IMG/VR virus record: IMGVR_UViG_3300012348_000046
Location: 1 to 36,459 of that record
Direction: 5' to 3' (one strand)
DNA: 36,459 nt
Origin: a virus
Lineage: Duplodnaviria > Caudoviricetes
Below the pieces are notes generated by a model. It was not told the DNA's origin, made no database searches, and worked only from the letters and a program-made list of their open reading frames with translations. The translations under genes and the position numbers were made by a program. Each line of letters starts with the position of its first letter. The stretch's first letter is position 1. Of this stretch, positions 17,039 to 26,402 are shown piece by piece.

Positions 17039-18606
17039 TATGGCCCCCAGACAGCAGTTACGCTGCTTGATGACCCACCTAATGAGATTGTTGTGCCGTT
17101 AATCGTAATAGAGCTGTTAGTTAGCTGACTATTGCCTATACCTGACAATGTGCCACCTAGCGTTATATTGCCTGTGCTAGTAACTGTGCCGCTTAAAGTA
17201 ATGCCATTGACTGAGCCTGTGCCACTTACGCTAGTTACTGTGCCTACTGTGGGAGTTGTCCATGTTGGAGTATTGCCTGTGCCAGCAGAAGTTAATACTT
17301 GTCCACTTATGCCTTGCGAACCATCAAAGCTAGTTGTGCCTGTTACGCTTAAATTTAACGTGTCTAAATTTCTACCAAAGAAACCATCACGCCAATTTCT
17401 ACCACTTGTGCCTATGTCTTTAGCATTGTTGTTTGCTGGCTCTAAGTCAGTAGTAATGCGGCCATTTACAGCTATGCTATCGGCATTTGAACCACCCAAA
17501 GTAGTGTCATCATTAACCACTAAATTTGTTGCTGTTAAAGTGTTTACGCTAGATACGTTATTAGAGTCATCAATAATAACGCCTGAATTTTGTATTAGCT
17601 TGCCTGTGGTCAAATTATAACGAGCAATAGCATTGTCTGTCGCACTTGATGGCCCTACTACATCACCACCTAAGCCTGTAGCAGATAATGTGCCACCAGC
17701 AAAAGCTATACCGTTGCCGATTGTTACGTTACTTGTACCGCCTGTGCCATTACCGTATAAGATAGATGTGCCTGACGTAGCAGGTGTAGCACCTACATCA
17801 CTAGCCGTTAATACGACAGTGCCTGTGTAACCGTTTACAGATGTTACAGCGTCAGTGTTGTCTATCTTTTCCCATACAGAGCCGTTAAACACAGCCCAAT
17901 CGCCTACTTTCCAATCAGTAATGCCGTTTAGGTTAGTAGAGCCAGCAACTGACACGACATAGTAAAAGCCTTTAGTGCCAGCAGAGCTAGTTAATGTAGG
18001 CGTGTTAGTAGATGCGTTCCATGTGCCTTGGTAGTTTAAGTCACCCATCTGTGGAATTTGACTTACAGGAACTTTACCGCCAGCGTCTAGTGTAGCTACA
18101 CCGTTAGCAGCACCAGCAGTTAGGTAGGCAGCAGAGCCTAGTGAGCCTGGTTGCACAGCCGTATCAGCCTTAGCACCTTGAGCAGCAGTAGCAAAGCTAG
18201 AAGCGTTGTAACCACTATCCTTGATTAGCTTACCTGTCGTTAAGTTAAACGCAGCAAAGTTGTTGTTTATTGCGCTAGATGGGCCAACTACATCACCGTT
18301 AGTTACCACCTCTGAAGGTAGATCTAGGAATATATCCTTAGTGCCGCTAGGGAAGTAAACCAATGCACCACCGTTAGATGATGACAGCACAGTATCACGA
18401 CTAATGTAATTGCCTGTTGATACATAAGTGCCGATACCAACTTCCCACTCGTTGTTGTTGTTATCTACAATCGTGTAGTAAGTAGTGTTACCGTTGCCAA
18501 TAACGCTAAACGGTTGATAGTTAGTCTGAGCGCCAGCTAGGGCTGCATTACCTGTACCAGCGACAGCAGTGGTTTCTAATACTCTATCCGCTAGAACTAA
18601 TGCCAT
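17038..18606 (-). CDS. Second fibre-like virion protein (head/collar fibre candidate)
   Basis: G/T/S-rich mosaic of fibre motifs (GVATLD..GKVP, YQGTWNAS.N.P, VTSVNG.TG); a 29-aa GDVVGPSSA...TTGKLI..SG unit occurs twice. Confidence 0.72.
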   Translation of the reverse strand: MALVLADRVLETTAVAGTGNAALAGAQTNYQPFSVIGNGNTTYYTIVDNNNNEWEVGIGTYVSTGNYISRDTVLSSSNGGALVYFPSGTKDIFLDLPSEVVTNGDVVGPSSAINNNFAAFNLTTGKLIKDSGYNASSFATAAQGAKADTAVQPGSLGSAAYLTAGAANGVATLDAGGKVPVSQIPQMGDLNYQGTWNASTNTPTLTSSAGTKGFYYVVSVAGSTNLNGITDWKVGDWAVFNGSVWEKIDNTDAVTSVNGYTGTVVLTASDVGATPATSGTSILYGNGTGGTSNVTIGNGIAFAGGTLSATGLGGDVVGPSSATDNAIARYNLTTGKLIQNSGVIIDDSNNVSSVNTLTATNLVVNDDTTLGGSNADSIAVNGRITTDLEPANNNAKDIGTSGRNWRDGFFGRNLDTLNLSVTGTTSFDGSQGISGQVLTSAGTGNTPTWTTPTVGTVTSVSGTGSVNGITLSGTVTSTGNITLGGTLSGIGNSQLTNSSITINGTTISLGGSSSSVTAVWGP

Positions 18607-20783
18607 TATGCCACCCCGATTATTTTACCGTCTGCACCTCTTACAACTTGCTTAGGTTTGGTTAATTGTTGCACCAAGTTTTCATGCGCCATTTGTTGTT
18701 GCATTAAAATGTCTTGATTATTCTGTGCTTGTGTTTGCGTCATGATGGCCATATTGTTGTTTATGGCTTCTACTAGGCTAGACAATGCTGAAGTAGGTTG
18801 CTCAATGCCACCAGGTGTGACCTCTGTAAGCGTTTCCTGCTCTTTGTTAGCGTTAATGTCTAATGACTTGAGGTGTAGGTCTGTTTTAGCAGACATCTCA
18901 GCTATAAGCACCTTTGTGTTGTTCTCTAGCTCTACTTTGTATCGGTCAAACTCTAAGCGTTGAGCTTCACGTTGAGCCTCAGCTTGCATTTCCATCTGTT
19001 TGATTTGAGCTTCCATCTGCATTTTTTGTTGCTCTGCTTGGGCTTTAATCACTTCAGGGTCTGGAGCTGGTAGTTGTGGGTTAGCAGCCACTTGCATTTG
19101 TTTTTCTTTCTCTGCATCAGCAAATGTATCAAACTCACCCTCAAGCGTACGACCAACTCGGAAGCCTTGGACACCAAACTTGAGCAAGTCCATCAACAAT
19201 GGAGTCAACTCAGGCACAGCTTGAGCGCCTTGTATAGCTTTCTCAATGAACGAGCTTGTAGCTTGTAAGAACTCTACACGATCAGACTTCTCTTGGGCTT
19301 CGTCAGCGTATAGCATAGAGTCAGTAGCAATCTCAATGCGGAATGTACGCATAGGACTGTCTTTTAGCAACTCAATAGCTTGTGGCACTAATTGTTGGTC
19401 TACTGGACTTAGCAACTCTGCACCACCAATTTTCATAATGGTCTCAGGTTGGAAGTGTTGGCAGATAATCTGTGCTTTAATCTTAAGTATTTGTGAAGCA
19501 AACCGGGCCACTTCGTCTTGGTAAGTCTTAAGACGTAATGTAGCGTACTGGCCCTTGATTTGTTGAGCAGTTGCTGTTTCGTTAGCGTTACTTGCACCAC
19601 GAACGATGTCAGATATACCTGTAATGTCGTAGATTTGCTGTTTAACTTGACCCATAGCTATGTAAGCCATGTTCAATGCGTTAGCAATAGGTGTTAGATC
19701 AACGAATTCTACAGCACCACCCAAACCACCTTTTTCAGCAAAGGCAGCGTAGTTCTTAACAGGGATAAGTGTATTGTTGTCACCCTCTGTAAATAAACGG
19801 CCTAGGTCAGCATTTGCAGCGTCATAGAAGCCACGAACCTTCATAGCGTCCACTAGACCCTTAATACGGTCTGATAGCGTGTCTAGCTCGTTAGCTTGGT
19901 CTTGGTATAGAGTAAAGTCTGGAACTGGTACAAGTGACTCGTTGGTCAATGTAGAGAATATAGGCTCTGGGCATGGGAAGAACTCCTCTAACTGTAGTGG
20001 GTCTTCACGCTTGTCTAGTATCTTGCCCATGGATTTACTAATCCAATAGACGCACTTCTCTTCTTTGTCCCATACTTCGTAGATTAGACCACGCTTAGTG
20101 ACACCCTCAGTCATCTTAGTGCGAGGCTCATCAGGTGAAGCGTCTAATGGTATTCTTTTCCACAAGTCACCAAACTTGTCTTCAGGGAAACGCTCTTTAA
20201 GCATAGGGCGAGTCATGTAGACTTTACGCCATACACATGACACCTCATCCCATGTCCTAGCAGAGTTATGACCAAAGTCACGCCAATGCACATAATCTAC
20301 TGGTGTTTGCTCAATGTCTAGGTATTCAGATACGGAGTCACTATCTAGCTCGTCTTCAGAGATGAATGTGTCATCTGTTTCAATGATAGGCTCGTAACGA
20401 ATCCATGATGTACCACGGCCACCTAGGAATCTGTCATAGACGCATGAGTTAAGCGTGTGGTAGAAGTCCTCGGTGTTAGTTACCTCAAAGTCTAAGGCAC
20501 GTTCTAACAACATAGACGCAACACGAGCAACAGGATCGCTGTCCTTATGTCTGCGTGATACATCAGGCTTAGGCATACGGCTAAAGGTTGCAGCCTTCAG
20601 AGTCTGTACATTAGCCCACAAGATGTTGTAGTGAGATTGAGCCGTAGTTGTTGTACGGTCATCACGGTAGCGTTTGAGTATTTTCTCTACACGACCTTCC
20701 CACTTAGCAAACTCTTTGTCGTATTGGCTAAACATATCAAGGTATGTTTGTACCTCTGACATTATTTGCGAAACCTTAGCCAT
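18606..20783 (-). CDS. Portal protein
   Basis: 725 aa downstream of the terminase; I..ITGISD..RG...ETATAQ motif and a long Q-rich C-terminal coiled coil (barrel). Confidence 0.88.
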   Translation of the reverse strand: MAKVSQIMSEVQTYLDMFSQYDKEFAKWEGRVEKILKRYRDDRTTTTAQSHYNILWANVQTLKAATFSRMPKPDVSRRHKDSDPVARVASMLLERALDFEVTNTEDFYHTLNSCVYDRFLGGRGTSWIRYEPIIETDDTFISEDELDSDSVSEYLDIEQTPVDYVHWRDFGHNSARTWDEVSCVWRKVYMTRPMLKERFPEDKFGDLWKRIPLDASPDEPRTKMTEGVTKRGLIYEVWDKEEKCVYWISKSMGKILDKREDPLQLEEFFPCPEPIFSTLTNESLVPVPDFTLYQDQANELDTLSDRIKGLVDAMKVRGFYDAANADLGRLFTEGDNNTLIPVKNYAAFAEKGGLGGAVEFVDLTPIANALNMAYIAMGQVKQQIYDITGISDIVRGASNANETATAQQIKGQYATLRLKTYQDEVARFASQILKIKAQIICQHFQPETIMKIGGAELLSPVDQQLVPQAIELLKDSPMRTFRIEIATDSMLYADEAQEKSDRVEFLQATSSFIEKAIQGAQAVPELTPLLMDLLKFGVQGFRVGRTLEGEFDTFADAEKEKQMQVAANPQLPAPDPEVIKAQAEQQKMQMEAQIKQMEMQAEAQREAQRLEFDRYKVELENNTKVLIAEMSAKTDLHLKSLDINANKEQETLTEVTPGGIEQPTSALSSLVEAINNNMAIMTQTQAQNNQDILMQQQMAHENLVQQLTKPKQVVRGADGKIIGVA

Positions 20784-20792
20784 GAGTTATCC

Positions 20793-21065
20793 TTAACCGA
20801 AGAATACAGTTGCGCTTACTGTGCCGCTAATAACAATGTATAAACCACTTGCTACTGACGCTGGGATTGTGTAATAGGTAGCAGCTGCTGGTGTAAATGT
20901 TTCAACCACCTTAGCTGTTGTAGTTGTAGTAGCTGAATCGTAGATAGTGATTGTAGGTGTGCTAGACGCAGCAGATACGAATATGCCTAGTAGGTCTGTG
21001 CCTATTGGGCTTACATTGCCTGTCGCTGTGATTAGCTTGTAGCCACCAGTAATTACTGAGTTCAT
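20793..21065 (-). CDS. Small beta-rich virion protein
   Basis: T/A/S-rich with GLYIVISG C-terminus and an AAGGA RBS. Confidence 0.6.
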   Translation of the reverse strand: MNSVITGGYKLITATGNVSPIGTDLLGIFVSAASSTPTITIYDSATTTTTAKVVETFTPAAATYYTIPASVASGLYIVISGTVSATVFFG

Positions 21066-21067
21066 GG

Positions 21068-22396
21068 TTAAATCCTTTTAGGTTGTTTAGGCTGTGTGGC
21101 CCATAGTTCGTCTAATGTGACATCGGTCTGACCGACCATAATGCCTCTAATTGGTTTGTCTTCTACCACAGGCTTATGTTCTTCACGCCAGTTAATAGCA
21201 GCATAACGCATAGCATCTGCCGCATGAGATGTCCAATCGTGCCTAGGTTTATCCCTAAACATTTTCTTGTCATCATCCCACTCACGCTGATACTGTTTGA
21301 GAGCCTCTAGGCCATCATAACAACGCTCTTTATCAAACCATGCTTTAGGCATCATTTGTCTTACCGCCTGTATGCCATCATGTAGTGATAGGCTAGGTGT
21401 GATTGCCATCTTAGTTATGCTCAAGTGTTCGGCCAACATCTCAATGACTGATTTACCACCAGAGGCCAAGGTCTTAGCTCTAGCATCGTGTGGTAGGAAG
21501 TGCGTCTTGTATTTATAAGGCTTGCTTAGTATGTGTGCAGCGTAATGGTCAATAGACTTACCACTAGCAGCGTAGAAGTCAATGAAGTGAACCTCACCTT
21601 GTATTACCTGATAAGTAAACACCGCAGTATCGTCTGAGTAGCCTAAGTCCCATGCTGTATACACAGGGGCAAACTCATCATACTCTACGCCAGTTATGCG
21701 TCCATCTTGCTCTGCTTGGTATAACTCACGGCCCCATATTGCACCAGGCAATGCAGCATCAAAGTCACACTCCATCTCTTGACGCCAAGCGTCTTCAGAT
21801 AACTCTTGCCTTAATGAGTCAATCTCTGATTGCGGTAATATGCCTGAATCACTAACTGTTATTTTTAAAGCCAACCAATCATCGGAGTGTATGGCTTTAT
21901 CGTATGTCTGCCAAAAGGCGTTTCTGCCCTTAGGAGTTCCGATTATGACCGCTTTACCTTGTCTATCAGCCAACGCAGGACGGATGATGTACTGGAATAC
22001 ATTAGCCCTCCAATCACCATACTCATCACACACAATGCTATCAAGATAAAGACCACGAAGGCTGTCAGCATTATCAGCACCAAATAGCTGAATTCTTGCA
22101 CCGTTCTTGAAATCAATGCGTAGCTCTGACTCATTAATGACGATGCCATCAATTACCCTAGTAAAGTATTTAAAGTAATCCCATGCTACAGACTTAGCCT
22201 GTTTATAAAATGGCGCTATGTATGCTGCACGAAAGTCATTACGCTTGCTCATCACAGCTTCTTTAATGAGCTGGTTGACACAGGCTACTGTCTTACCTGC
22301 CCTACGGTGGGCAACTATTACCTTCCAGCGCCTATTGCTATTATGCAAAGGCATAAACGCTTGACGAGGCTTATAGGGTATTACTATTCTTCCCAT
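21068..22396 (-). CDS. terL: Terminase large subunit
   Basis: Walker A HRRAGKT, Walker B IVCDE, GTPKG coupling motif, and nuclease motifs WDLG..D and H.ADA. Confidence 0.96.
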   Translation of the reverse strand: MGRIVIPYKPRQAFMPLHNSNRRWKVIVAHRRAGKTVACVNQLIKEAVMSKRNDFRAAYIAPFYKQAKSVAWDYFKYFTRVIDGIVINESELRIDFKNGARIQLFGADNADSLRGLYLDSIVCDEYGDWRANVFQYIIRPALADRQGKAVIIGTPKGRNAFWQTYDKAIHSDDWLALKITVSDSGILPQSEIDSLRQELSEDAWRQEMECDFDAALPGAIWGRELYQAEQDGRITGVEYDEFAPVYTAWDLGYSDDTAVFTYQVIQGEVHFIDFYAASGKSIDHYAAHILSKPYKYKTHFLPHDARAKTLASGGKSVIEMLAEHLSITKMAITPSLSLHDGIQAVRQMMPKAWFDKERCYDGLEALKQYQREWDDDKKMFRDKPRHDWTSHAADAMRYAAINWREEHKPVVEDKPIRGIMVGQTDVTLDELWATQPKQPKRI

Positions 22397-22701
22397 GCGT
22401 ATATTGCAACACTACCAGCGTGTTCGTTTACTTGCGTTTCTTTCCAGCCAGCCCTTGTCTTTAACCAAAAGATTGCAGCGCTTGTGTTGCCGTCTTTAGC
22501 TTGCTGAAACAATGTCTGCCCAATAGAAGCGTTAGCATCTACACGACCAGCATCTAACTCTTTTTTATAATACTTAACAAGCGTATCAGAGCTTATATCA
22601 AGCTTATTGGCTATGTCCTCGTATGTAATACCCACAGCAGATAAGGTACGAGCAACCTTTTTGCTTTCCTCTGTAGGTTTATGTTCTTTTCCTTGAGCCA
22701 T
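22384..22701 (-). CDS. terS: Terminase small subunit
   Basis: N-terminal HTH, A.IFWLK.RAGW.E motif; overlaps terL. Confidence 0.85.
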   Translation of the reverse strand: MAQGKEHKPTEESKKVARTLSAVGITYEDIANKLDISSDTLVKYYKKELDAGRVDANASIGQTLFQQAKDGNTSAAIFWLKTRAGWKETQVNEHAGSVAIYAWEE

Positions 22702-22703
22702 CT

Positions 22704-22898
22704 TTATAACTCCGAAAGATTGCCAGCTAAATGCTCTGCAAGCTCTACGCTCATAATAGCTATTAGGGCCACTTCTAGCTTATCTTTGTTAGCCATAGCG
22801 TCTAAAGCCTTTATAGCCGCATCTTTATGCACATAAGCACCAGCGTCTATTGGTGACTTGTCATGCTTATATCGTATAGACCATCTTTTAAATATCAT
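22704..22898 (-). CDS. 64-aa hypothetical protein (start revised to MIFKRW)
   Basis: ATGA overlap with the methyltransferase stop. Confidence 0.6.
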   Translation of the reverse strand: MIFKRWSIRYKHDKSPIDAGAYVHKDAAIKALDAMANKDKLEVALIAIMSVELAEHLAGNLSEL

Positions 22899-24040
22899 AG
22901 CAGCACCGCTTTCTTGCCAGTATATTCTTCCCAACGCTTAACTATAACATCACAATACTTTGGGTCTAGTTCCATCATGCGACAATGTCGTGCTGTCTTT
23001 TCGCAAGCAATTAAAGTTGAACCTGCGCCTCCAAAAAAATCAAGAATTTCATCGCCTGATTTGCTACTGTTTTTTAATCCATAACATACAAGTTCAACAG
23101 GTTTCATTGTAGGATGTAAACCTGATGAATCCCTTTTAAATTCCCAAACATCAGAAACACTTCTACTTTCTACATCTCCAGCAAATACACAAAGTTCATG
23201 CTGAAACCTATAACCTCCTTTACCCATTCCAATAGATGGCTTTTTCCATACAATACAATTTGATATTTTTCTATGTTTTGATATTTCAAAATCAGTAAAA
23301 GAATATGCTCTAAACCCTACCCAAAAATACCAACTTGCTCCTTGTTTTGAAACAATAGATGCAACTGTAATTGCAGCAGAAATAATGCTTTTTGCTTCAT
23401 CCATAGACGCATCACCTTTTATGCTGCCTGATCTTTGCATATTTACACCATAAGGTGGATCAGTAAATATCATGTCAGCTTTCTGCCCATCCATCAATTT
23501 CTCTACCGCATCAATGCTTGTGCTATCACCACACATTAAACGATGGTTGCCTAACTGGTATATATCGCCTAGCTTAGTTACAGGCTCATCAGGCACTTCA
23601 GGCACAGCGTCTTCATCTGTTAGGCCATCTGTTAGCTCTACTGGGTTGAGCAACGCATTTAGCTCATCAGCGTCAAAGCCTAGCAATGACAAGTCTATGT
23701 CATCGTCTAGTTCTTTTAGCTCTAACGCAAGCAATTCATTATCCCAGCCACTATTCATAGCTATACGGTTATCCGCAAGTATGTATGCTTTACGCTGGGC
23801 ATCACTTAAATGAGAAAGCTTTATAGTAGGCGCTTCTAATAGCCCTAGCTTTTTAGCGGCCATTAAGCGACCATGGCCAGCAATAATCCCGTAATTGTCA
23901 TCAATTAAAATAGGATTGTTAAAACCAAACTCACGAATACTAGACGCAATTTGAGTGACCTGGTTGTCATCATGCGTTCTAGCGTTATTAGCGTACGGAA
24001 TTAGTTTGCTAACTTCTATATATTCTATTTGTTGATCCAT
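22895..24040 (-). CDS. ParB-like N-terminal domain fused to an N6/N4 DNA methyltransferase
   Basis: N.R.H, IIAGHGR and LADNR (ParB); DPPY, HPT.KP and LDFFGGAGST (beta-class MTase). Confidence 0.93.
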   Translation of the reverse strand: MDQQIEYIEVSKLIPYANNARTHDDNQVTQIASSIREFGFNNPILIDDNYGIIAGHGRLMAAKKLGLLEAPTIKLSHLSDAQRKAYILADNRIAMNSGWDNELLALELKELDDDIDLSLLGFDADELNALLNPVELTDGLTDEDAVPEVPDEPVTKLGDIYQLGNHRLMCGDSTSIDAVEKLMDGQKADMIFTDPPYGVNMQRSGSIKGDASMDEAKSIISAAITVASIVSKQGASWYFWVGFRAYSFTDFEISKHRKISNCIVWKKPSIGMGKGGYRFQHELCVFAGDVESRSVSDVWEFKRDSSGLHPTMKPVELVCYGLKNSSKSGDEILDFFGGAGSTLIACEKTARHCRMMELDPKYCDVIVKRWEEYTGKKAVLL

Positions 24041-24081
24041 ATATGTACATAAGAGTGGTCTTATGCCCCATAATTGTTAAG

Positions 24082-24240
24082 TTACATCATTAATGCAGCC
24101 GCTAACTTCTTAGGGTCTTTCTTTACGCCCTCTGAAGCCATCATTGCTGCCTTGTCTTGTGGAATACCTACACGCTTTGCAATAGACGAATCATGAGCAG
24201 CAGCTTGAAACAATCTGTGCTGTGATGGTGTATATGGCAT
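24082..24240 (-). CDS. 52-aa protein (MPYTPSQHRLFQAAAHDSSIAKRVGIPQDKAAMMASEGVKKDPKKLAAALMM), first late gene
   Basis: Hand-translated with an AAAGGA RBS; MP.....Q.R...A.AH....A..VGIP pattern seen in small phage proteins. Confidence 0.8.
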   Translation of the reverse strand: MPYTPSQHRLFQAAAHDSSIAKRVGIPQDKAAMMASEGVKKDPKKLAAALMM

Positions 24241-24285
24241 ATAGTTATCCTTTGAATAGATGGGCTACTTGCATAGCTTTCACCC

Positions 24286-24317
24286 AAAAAAAATGGACTC
24301 AGCTTTTAGGAGAGTCC
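24286..24317 (-). terminator. Intrinsic terminator in the late leader (tR'-like)
   Basis: GGACTC-N11-GAGTCC followed by ATTTTTTTT on the minus strand. Confidence 0.8.
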
Positions 24318-24386
24318 GAACCCAACGGAGATTAGGCTAAAGCTTGGTATATGAATCATATAGACGCAACTATACCAGCAAGTCGA

Positions 24387-24415
24387 ATGGTAGCATATTT
24401 TACGCTAAAAGTCAA
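24387..24415 (-). promoter_or_regulatory. Sigma70-type late promoter (pR'-like)
   Basis: TTGACT-17bp-TACCAT with an extended -10 TG. Confidence 0.75.
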
Positions 24416-24434
24416 TACACTTGACCGCTTATTT

Positions 24435-24761
24435 TCAATATAGGTTCTTTTCTGTTAGTTTTTGCTGCAACATGGCCATTGCATTGTCGTAATAGCGATC
24501 TAATACTTTCATGTCCATCATAGTCTTTTGGCCTAGGTAAATTACATAGATAGCATTACGCTGAAACGATGGCAAATCGTCTATTACCTTGTCTACCACC
24601 CTAACAGAATGACTATCAACCTCGTCAGCTATGTCATCAAACGAGTGTACACCGCCTGTATGAAAGCCAGATGATTTAGACTTGTAGCCTAGCTTGTTGT
24701 TGTCTGACTTCATGTACTCACGCCACATATCTAAATAATATATTACTCTACCTAGTTCCAT
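24435..24761 (-). CDS. Putative antitermination protein Q-like late regulator (start revised to MELGRV)
   Basis: L..W...M....LGY..KS and VD..I..LP...R.AI...YL pattern; last gene before a promoter-terminator pair; TAAATG coupling to rusA. Confidence 0.62.
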   Translation of the reverse strand: MELGRVIYYLDMWREYMKSDNNKLGYKSKSSGFHTGGVHSFDDIADEVDSHSVRVVDKVIDDLPSFQRNAIYVIYLGQKTMMDMKVLDRYYDNAMAMLQQKLTEKNLY

Positions 24762-25144
24762 TAAATGTAATCCTCGTATTTTTCTAGCATTTGGTGTACC
24801 TCGGTGTATGGCACAATGACAACCTTGCACATACCGCCTTTAACTACATCTCTACGCACTAGCCAAATAAAATCTACTTGCTCATCATCTTCAAAAACGC
24901 CACAATGTTGCAATGCGTCTAATACAGCTTTACAGCGATTGTCTATGTCATATAATCTGCGTGTTGGGGCATATAACGCAATAAATATAGCAAGCCGACC
25001 ATGTATCTTTGCAGACTTGTCTATTACTTCTTCTTGAACTTTTTCTCTAAATTGATGAGCTGACTTTTTTAAAAATTTTCTATGGCCAGACTGTCCCCAC
25101 ATATGGTTTAATGTGGGAGGAAAAGGAAGTGTAAGTTTAATCAT
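24761..25144 (-). CDS. rusA: RusA-family Holliday junction resolvase
   Basis: LP.PP..N start and DIDN..K...DAL...G...DD.QV catalytic motif. Confidence 0.93.
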   Translation of the reverse strand: MIKLTLPFPPTLNHMWGQSGHRKFLKKSAHQFREKVQEEVIDKSAKIHGRLAIFIALYAPTRRLYDIDNRCKAVLDALQHCGVFEDDEQVDFIWLVRRDVVKGGMCKVVIVPYTEVHQMLEKYEDYI

Positions 25145-25446
25145 TTAACCACCAGCATATCATGCTCAATAAAGTATTGCATAGTCATCCTGTGAGCCAA
25201 ATCCCACATATCCCTACGGTCTTGTTTGTTTAAAGCCATCCCGTTGTCCAGCTCAAAATGACATCTAGCGCACATAGCAGCCACCATAGCGTCACTAGCC
25301 TTAATTCCTGTACCCTTACCGTCACGCAGTTGATTAGAGTGTGCTGCACATACTGTGCCATCCATAGCGCCACATGATTGACAAGGTATCTCACGACATA
25401 GCTCTAGCAGTTTCTTGTTTCTGTAATTAGGCACTGTATTCCCCAC
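25141..25446 (-). CDS. Zn-binding HNH-like nuclease (DUF1364/DUF968-like)
   Basis: CQSC....TVCAAH and G.G.KASD......C..CH..LD motifs. Confidence 0.78.
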   Translation of the reverse strand: MGNTVPNYRNKKLLELCREIPCQSCGAMDGTVCAAHSNQLRDGKGTGIKASDAMVAAMCARCHFELDNGMALNKQDRRDMWDLAHRMTMQYFIEHDMLVVK

Positions 25447-25918
25447 TTAAGCTTGATTGAAAGTTAGCTTTATATTTTGAGTTGTCTTTCTTAGGTATTA
25501 CCCAATGATCTGTGTCCAACTCTTTGTGTGACCTAATGATATCTGGACTAATACGACCTTCATAAATTGCATCCCGTAATGCTTGGTGTATTCCAGGATA
25601 ATTAGCGTCAAAGTATGCTCTTTTTAAGTTTGTTAAATCTTTACATTGCTTAGGCCATGGGAAATTATCTTTTTTTGTTGTGTGATAAAGTTTTGACCTA
25701 GCTCTGCCTTCTGATATAAATTCAGACCACAAATAGCCTTCAGATTCAAGATGTTTACAGTATTCTGTAACAATATGTGGGGTTAAATTCATTTTTCTAG
25801 CAAGATTTACTGCAAGAGATGGCTCATCTTTTAAATGTAAATACACTACCGCTAAGTTTAAAGCTCTGCTTTCTTCTTTTAGTTTGTGAGCTTTTTCTAA
25901 ATTGTTTGGGTTTGCCAT
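25427..25918 (-). CDS. Winged-HTH hypothetical protein
   Basis: LARKMNLT...V..YC..LE.EGYL followed by a wing-like segment. Confidence 0.55.
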   Translation of the reverse strand: MANPNNLEKAHKLKEESRALNLAVVYLHLKDEPSLAVNLARKMNLTPHIVTEYCKHLESEGYLWSEFISEGRARSKLYHTTKKDNFPWPKQCKDLTNLKRAYFDANYPGIHQALRDAIYEGRISPDIIRSHKELDTDHWVIPKKDNSKYKANFQSSLSGEYSA

Positions 25919-26400
25919 TATATTTCCCTTGCAAATTCTTTATGAAAAATTTTTCTTGCGCTATTTATGTCAAATTCAGCTTCATTTATATTAGAAAAAT
26001 ACTTTAAATAAACTCGTTTTCCATTTGAATATAATTCAGCTCGCCATTTTTTATGATATTTATCAAAATTTACACCTTTAACTCCTGATGTATTTCTTTT
26101 TGTTATTTTTACATTTTTTGAATTTTCTGATAAATTACATTCTCTTAAATTTTCCAATCGATTGTCTGATCTATTTCCATTAATGTGATCTAAAGATTTG
26201 GGCATTACACCATAAGAATATAACCAAGCTAAACGATGAGCTGAATATATTTTATAATCAATGCCAATTGATAAATATCCAGTATTTTTAATTGACCCCG
26301 CTAAACTACCTTTTGTAACGCATTTTTTGTAAACTTTCCAAGTAAACAATCCTGTTTTAGGATCATAATCTAATAGCTCTTTTAATTTATCTTGTGTCAT
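25918..26400 (-). CDS. HNH endonuclease with AP2-like C-terminal domain (start revised to MTQDKL)
   Basis: AHRLAW, DHINGNRSDNRLENLR and NTSGVKGV...KW.A motifs; visibly AT-richer than neighbours. Confidence 0.92.
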   Translation of the reverse strand: MTQDKLKELLDYDPKTGLFTWKVYKKCVTKGSLAGSIKNTGYLSIGIDYKIYSAHRLAWLYSYGVMPKSLDHINGNRSDNRLENLRECNLSENSKNVKITKRNTSGVKGVNFDKYHKKWRAELYSNGKRVYLKYFSNINEAEFDINSARKIFHKEFAREI

Positions 26401-26402
26401 GT

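Noticed and set aside
22895-24040. Restriction-modification or plasmid partition system
   Set aside because: No cognate endonuclease or ParA is adjacent; ParB-MTase fusions near terminases are common in phages.
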